Shown piece after piece: positions 61,329 through 64,000 of a stretch of 64,000 nt of DNA (its first letter is position 1; the number at the start of each line of letters is the position of its first letter). The notes beneath the pieces were generated by a model, which saw nothing but the letters and a program-made list of their open reading frames with translations, was not told where the DNA came from and did no database searches. A program made the translations under genes and the position numbers. The stretch lies in assembly GCA_963706595.1 (NCBI GenBank), contig OY970166.1, positions 448,001-512,000 on the forward strand, written 5' to 3'. The DNA comes from an uncultured cyanobacterium (GTDB lineage: Bacteria; Cyanobacteriota; Cyanobacteriia; Cyanobacteriales; Nostocaceae).

Positions 61329-64000
61329 ATGAACAAAACCTTTGCAACCATTGACGGAAACGAAGCTGTAGCCCGTGTTGCTTACAAATTAAACGAAGTA
61401 ATTGCCATATATCCTATCACCCCCTCCTCAGCAATGGGTGAATGGGCAGATACTTGGTCAGCCGCAAACCAGCCCAACCTGTGGAATACTATACCCAGCG
61501 TGGTGCAGATGCAGAGTGAAGGAGGCGCTGCTGCTGCGGTACATGGCGCATTACAAACCGGTTCCCTGAGTACGACCTTCACAGCGTCCCAGGGGTTGTT
61601 ATTAATGATTCCCAACCTCTACAAAATCGCCGGTGAACTAACTAGCGCTGTGGTTCATGTCGCCGCCCGTTCCCTCGCCACTCACGCCTTATCTATTTTC
61701 GGTGATCATAGTGATGTTATGGCATCCCGTGCTACAGGGTTCGCCTTGCTGTGTTCCGCTTCAGTCCAGGAAAGCCATGATTTTGCGCTGATTTCTCAAG
61801 CTGCTACCTTAGAAACGCGTGTATCATTTATGCACTTCTTTGATGGTTTCCGCACATCACATGAAGTCCAAAAAATCAAGTTATTGTCAGATGAGCAATT
61901 GCGATCGCTTATCGATGAGAATCTAATTTTAGCTCATCGCGATCGCGCCCTCACCCCAGACCGTCCCCTATTGCGAGGAACAGCCCAAAATCCTGATGTA
62001 TTTTTCCAAGGACGTGAAGCTGCAAACCCCTACTACAAAGCCACTCCCGCCATCGTCCAACGCCTCATGGATGAATTTGCAGAAGTCACAGGGAGACATT
62101 ACCAAATCTATGAATACCACGGCGCGAGTGATGCGGAAAGGGTAATTATTCTCATGGGTTCCGGTTGTGAAACAGTCCATGAAACAGTCGATTATCTCAA
62201 CACCCAAGGGGAAAAAGTGGGCGTGGTGAAAGTGCGACTTTATCGCCCCTTTGATGTAGACAGATTTATTGCAGTATTACCAAACAGTGTACAGGCGATC
62301 GCAGTCCTTGACCGCACCAAAGAACCAGGTAGCATCGGCGAACCCTTGTATTTAGATGTAGTCGCTGCTATTCATGAAGCAAATCCCAAATCCCAAATCC
62401 CAAATCTAAAATCGATTATTGGTGGGCGTTATGGTCTTTCCTCCAAGGAATTTACCCCAGCAATGGTAAAAAGCATCTTTGATCATCTTGCCGAACCACA
62501 ACCGCGAAATCACTTAACTGTGGGTATTAATGACGACATTACTCACACATCCCTCAAATTTGACCCCAACTTTTCCACCGAACCAGATAACGTAATTCGC
62601 GCCATGTTCTATGGCTTAGGTTCCGATGGGACAGTGGGTGCTAATAAAAACTCTATCAAAATTATAGGGGAAGAAACAGACAACTACGCCCAAGGTTATT
62701 TTGTCTACGACTCCAAAAAATCCGGTTCAATGACAGTTTCTCACCTGCGTTTTGGTCCCCAGCCAATTCGCTCAACTTACCTCATAAATCAAGCTAACTT
62801 CATTGGTTGTCATCACTGGGGATTCCTAGAACGCATAGATATTTTGAAATCGGCGATTTCTGGGGCAACTTTGCTGTTAAATAGTCCTCATGATGCGGAT
62901 ACTGTTTGGGAATATTTACCACCAAAAGTACAGCAGCAAATTATTGATAAACAGCTAAAATTCTTTGTAATTAATGCTAACCAAGTCGCCCGTGAAAGTG
63001 GTATGGGTGGCAGAATTAACACTATTATGCAGGTGTGCTTTTTTGCCTTAGCAGGTGTTTTACCCGAAGCCGAAGCCATTAGCAAAATTAAAAAAGCCAT
63101 TGAAAAGACTTATGGTAAAAAAGGTGCAGAAGTTGTCCAGAAAAACTTGCAAGCAGTAGACAACACCCTGACTAACTTACATAAAGTAGATATCCGTCAT
63201 TCTTCCCCCACTCCCCACTCCCCACTCCCCACTCCCCACCTCTTAGATAGTGCGCCGGAATTTGTGCGGGATGTTCTAGGTGAAATTATGACATGGCATG
63301 GTGATGATTTACCAGTCAGTGCATTACCAGCCGATGGGACATTTCCCACAGGTACAGCGAAATGGGAAAAACGTAATGTTGCAGAAGAGATACCTGTGTG
63401 GGAACCGGATGTCTGCGTTCAGTGTGGTAAGTGCGTTATGGTTTGTCCCCACGCTGCTATCCGCGCTAAGGCTTATCAACCCGATGAGTTAATTAATGCA
63501 CCGAGTAGCTTTAAATCAATTAATGCTAAAGACAAGAGTTTTAGCAATCAAAAATTTACGATTCAAGTCGCCCCAGAAGATTGTACAGGATGCGCCATCT
63601 GTGTAGATATTTGCCCGGCTAAAAATAAATCTCAGCCATCCCAGAAAGCGATTAATATGGCGCAGCAACTACCTTTGCGGGAACAAGAACGCCACAACTG
63701 GGATTTCTTCTTAAGTTTACCCAATCCTGACCGCAGACAGCTAAAAGTTAACCAAATTCGCCAACAACAACTGCAAGAACCTTTATTTGAATTTTCCGGT
63801 GCTTGTGCTGGTTGTGGAGAAACACCTTATTTAAAATTATTAACACAATTGTTTGGCGATCGCTCTGTAATTGCCAATGCTACAGGTTGTTCTTCAATTT
63901 ACGGCGGAAACCTCCCCACCACTCCTTGGACAACCAACGCCGAAGGACGTGGCCCCGCATGGTCAAATAGCTTATTTGAAGATAACGCCGAATTTGGTTT
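61329..64000 (+). CDS. nifJ: Pyruvate:flavodoxin/ferredoxin oxidoreductase; runs off the window, absent from the ORF track
   Basis: IDGNEAVA, YPITPSS, MQSEGGAA, GLGSDGTVGANK, CVQCGKCVMVCP, CTGCAICVDICP, FSGACAGCGETPY. Confidence 0.97.
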   Translation, partial: MNKTFATIDGNEAVARVAYKLNEVIAIYPITPSSAMGEWADTWSAANQPNLWNTIPSVVQMQSEGGAAAAVHGALQTGSLSTTFTASQGLLLMIPNLYKIAGELTSAVVHVAARSLATHALSIFGDHSDVMASRATGFALLCSASVQESHDFALISQAATLETRVSFMHFFDGFRTSHEVQKIKLLSDEQLRSLIDENLILAHRDRALTPDRPLLRGTAQNPDVFFQGREAANPYYKATPAIVQRLMDEFAEVTGRHYQIYEYHGASDAERVIILMGSGCETVHETVDYLNTQGEKVGVVKVRLYRPFDVDRFIAVLPNSVQAIAVLDRTKEPGSIGEPLYLDVVAAIHEANPKSQIPNLKSIIGGRYGLSSKEFTPAMVKSIFDHLAEPQPRNHLTVGINDDITHTSLKFDPNFSTEPDNVIRAMFYGLGSDGTVGANKNSIKIIGEETDNYAQGYFVYDSKKSGSMTVSHLRFGPQPIRSTYLINQANFIGCHHWGFLERIDILKSAISGATLLLNSPHDADTVWEYLPPKVQQQIIDKQLKFFVINANQVARESGMGGRINTIMQVCFFALAGVLPEAEAISKIKKAIEKTYGKKGAEVVQKNLQAVDNTLTNLHKVDIRHSSPTPHSPLPTPHLLDSAPEFVRDVLGEIMTWHGDDLPVSALPADGTFPTGTAKWEKRNVAEEIPVWEPDVCVQCGKCVMVCPHAAIRAKAYQPDELINAPSSFKSINAKDKSFSNQKFTIQVAPEDCTGCAICVDICPAKNKSQPSQKAINMAQQLPLREQERHNWDFFLSLPNPDRRQLKVNQIRQQQLQEPLFEFSGACAGCGETPYLKLLTQLFGDRSVIANATGCSSIYGGNLPTTPWTTNAEGRGPAWSNSLFEDNAEFG

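Noticed and set aside
61382..63492. Short ORFs listed inside nifJ, and similar shadow ORFs across the window
   Set aside because: They are antisense or off-frame overlaps of well-supported genes

Overview
64 kb of a filamentous (Nostocales-like) cyanobacterial chromosome, judged from frequent HIP1 octamers (GCGATCGC), STRR heptamer arrays, acsF, ccs1, nifJ and alkaline invertase. Housekeeping genes (tmk, dacB, ilvB, dus, a thrC-like gene, acsF, invA, queF, ccs1/ccdA, SRP RNA, 5' part of nifJ) are mixed with a dense mobilome: a complete IS605 (tnpA+tnpB), an ISAzo13 splitting a DUF4351 gene, an IS630 inside a tandem stack of its own MITEs, an IS607-type tnpB+RHH element splitting a secreted-protein gene, a 471-bp protein-less IS200/605 derivative and many MITE/REP repeats. 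Best leads: (1) a five-gene chaperone-usher-like pilus cluster (26.0-32.2 kb); (2) the protein-less IS605 derivative at 54.1-54.6 kb, which appears to keep a promoter and a structured omegaRNA-like RNA whose predicted guide is a MITE end; (3) three Rpn/DUF4351-type genes, each with an internal SD+ATG that could make an intragenic antitoxin, two of them flanking an accessory topoisomerase I; (4) a 1140-aa AT-rich PLD-like (VPA1262-type) candidate defence gene; (5) an IscR/Rrf2-type operator ahead of a frameshifted thrC-like gene and a sulfur-carrier gene. All family calls come from motif recognition by eye; no database search or folding program was run.
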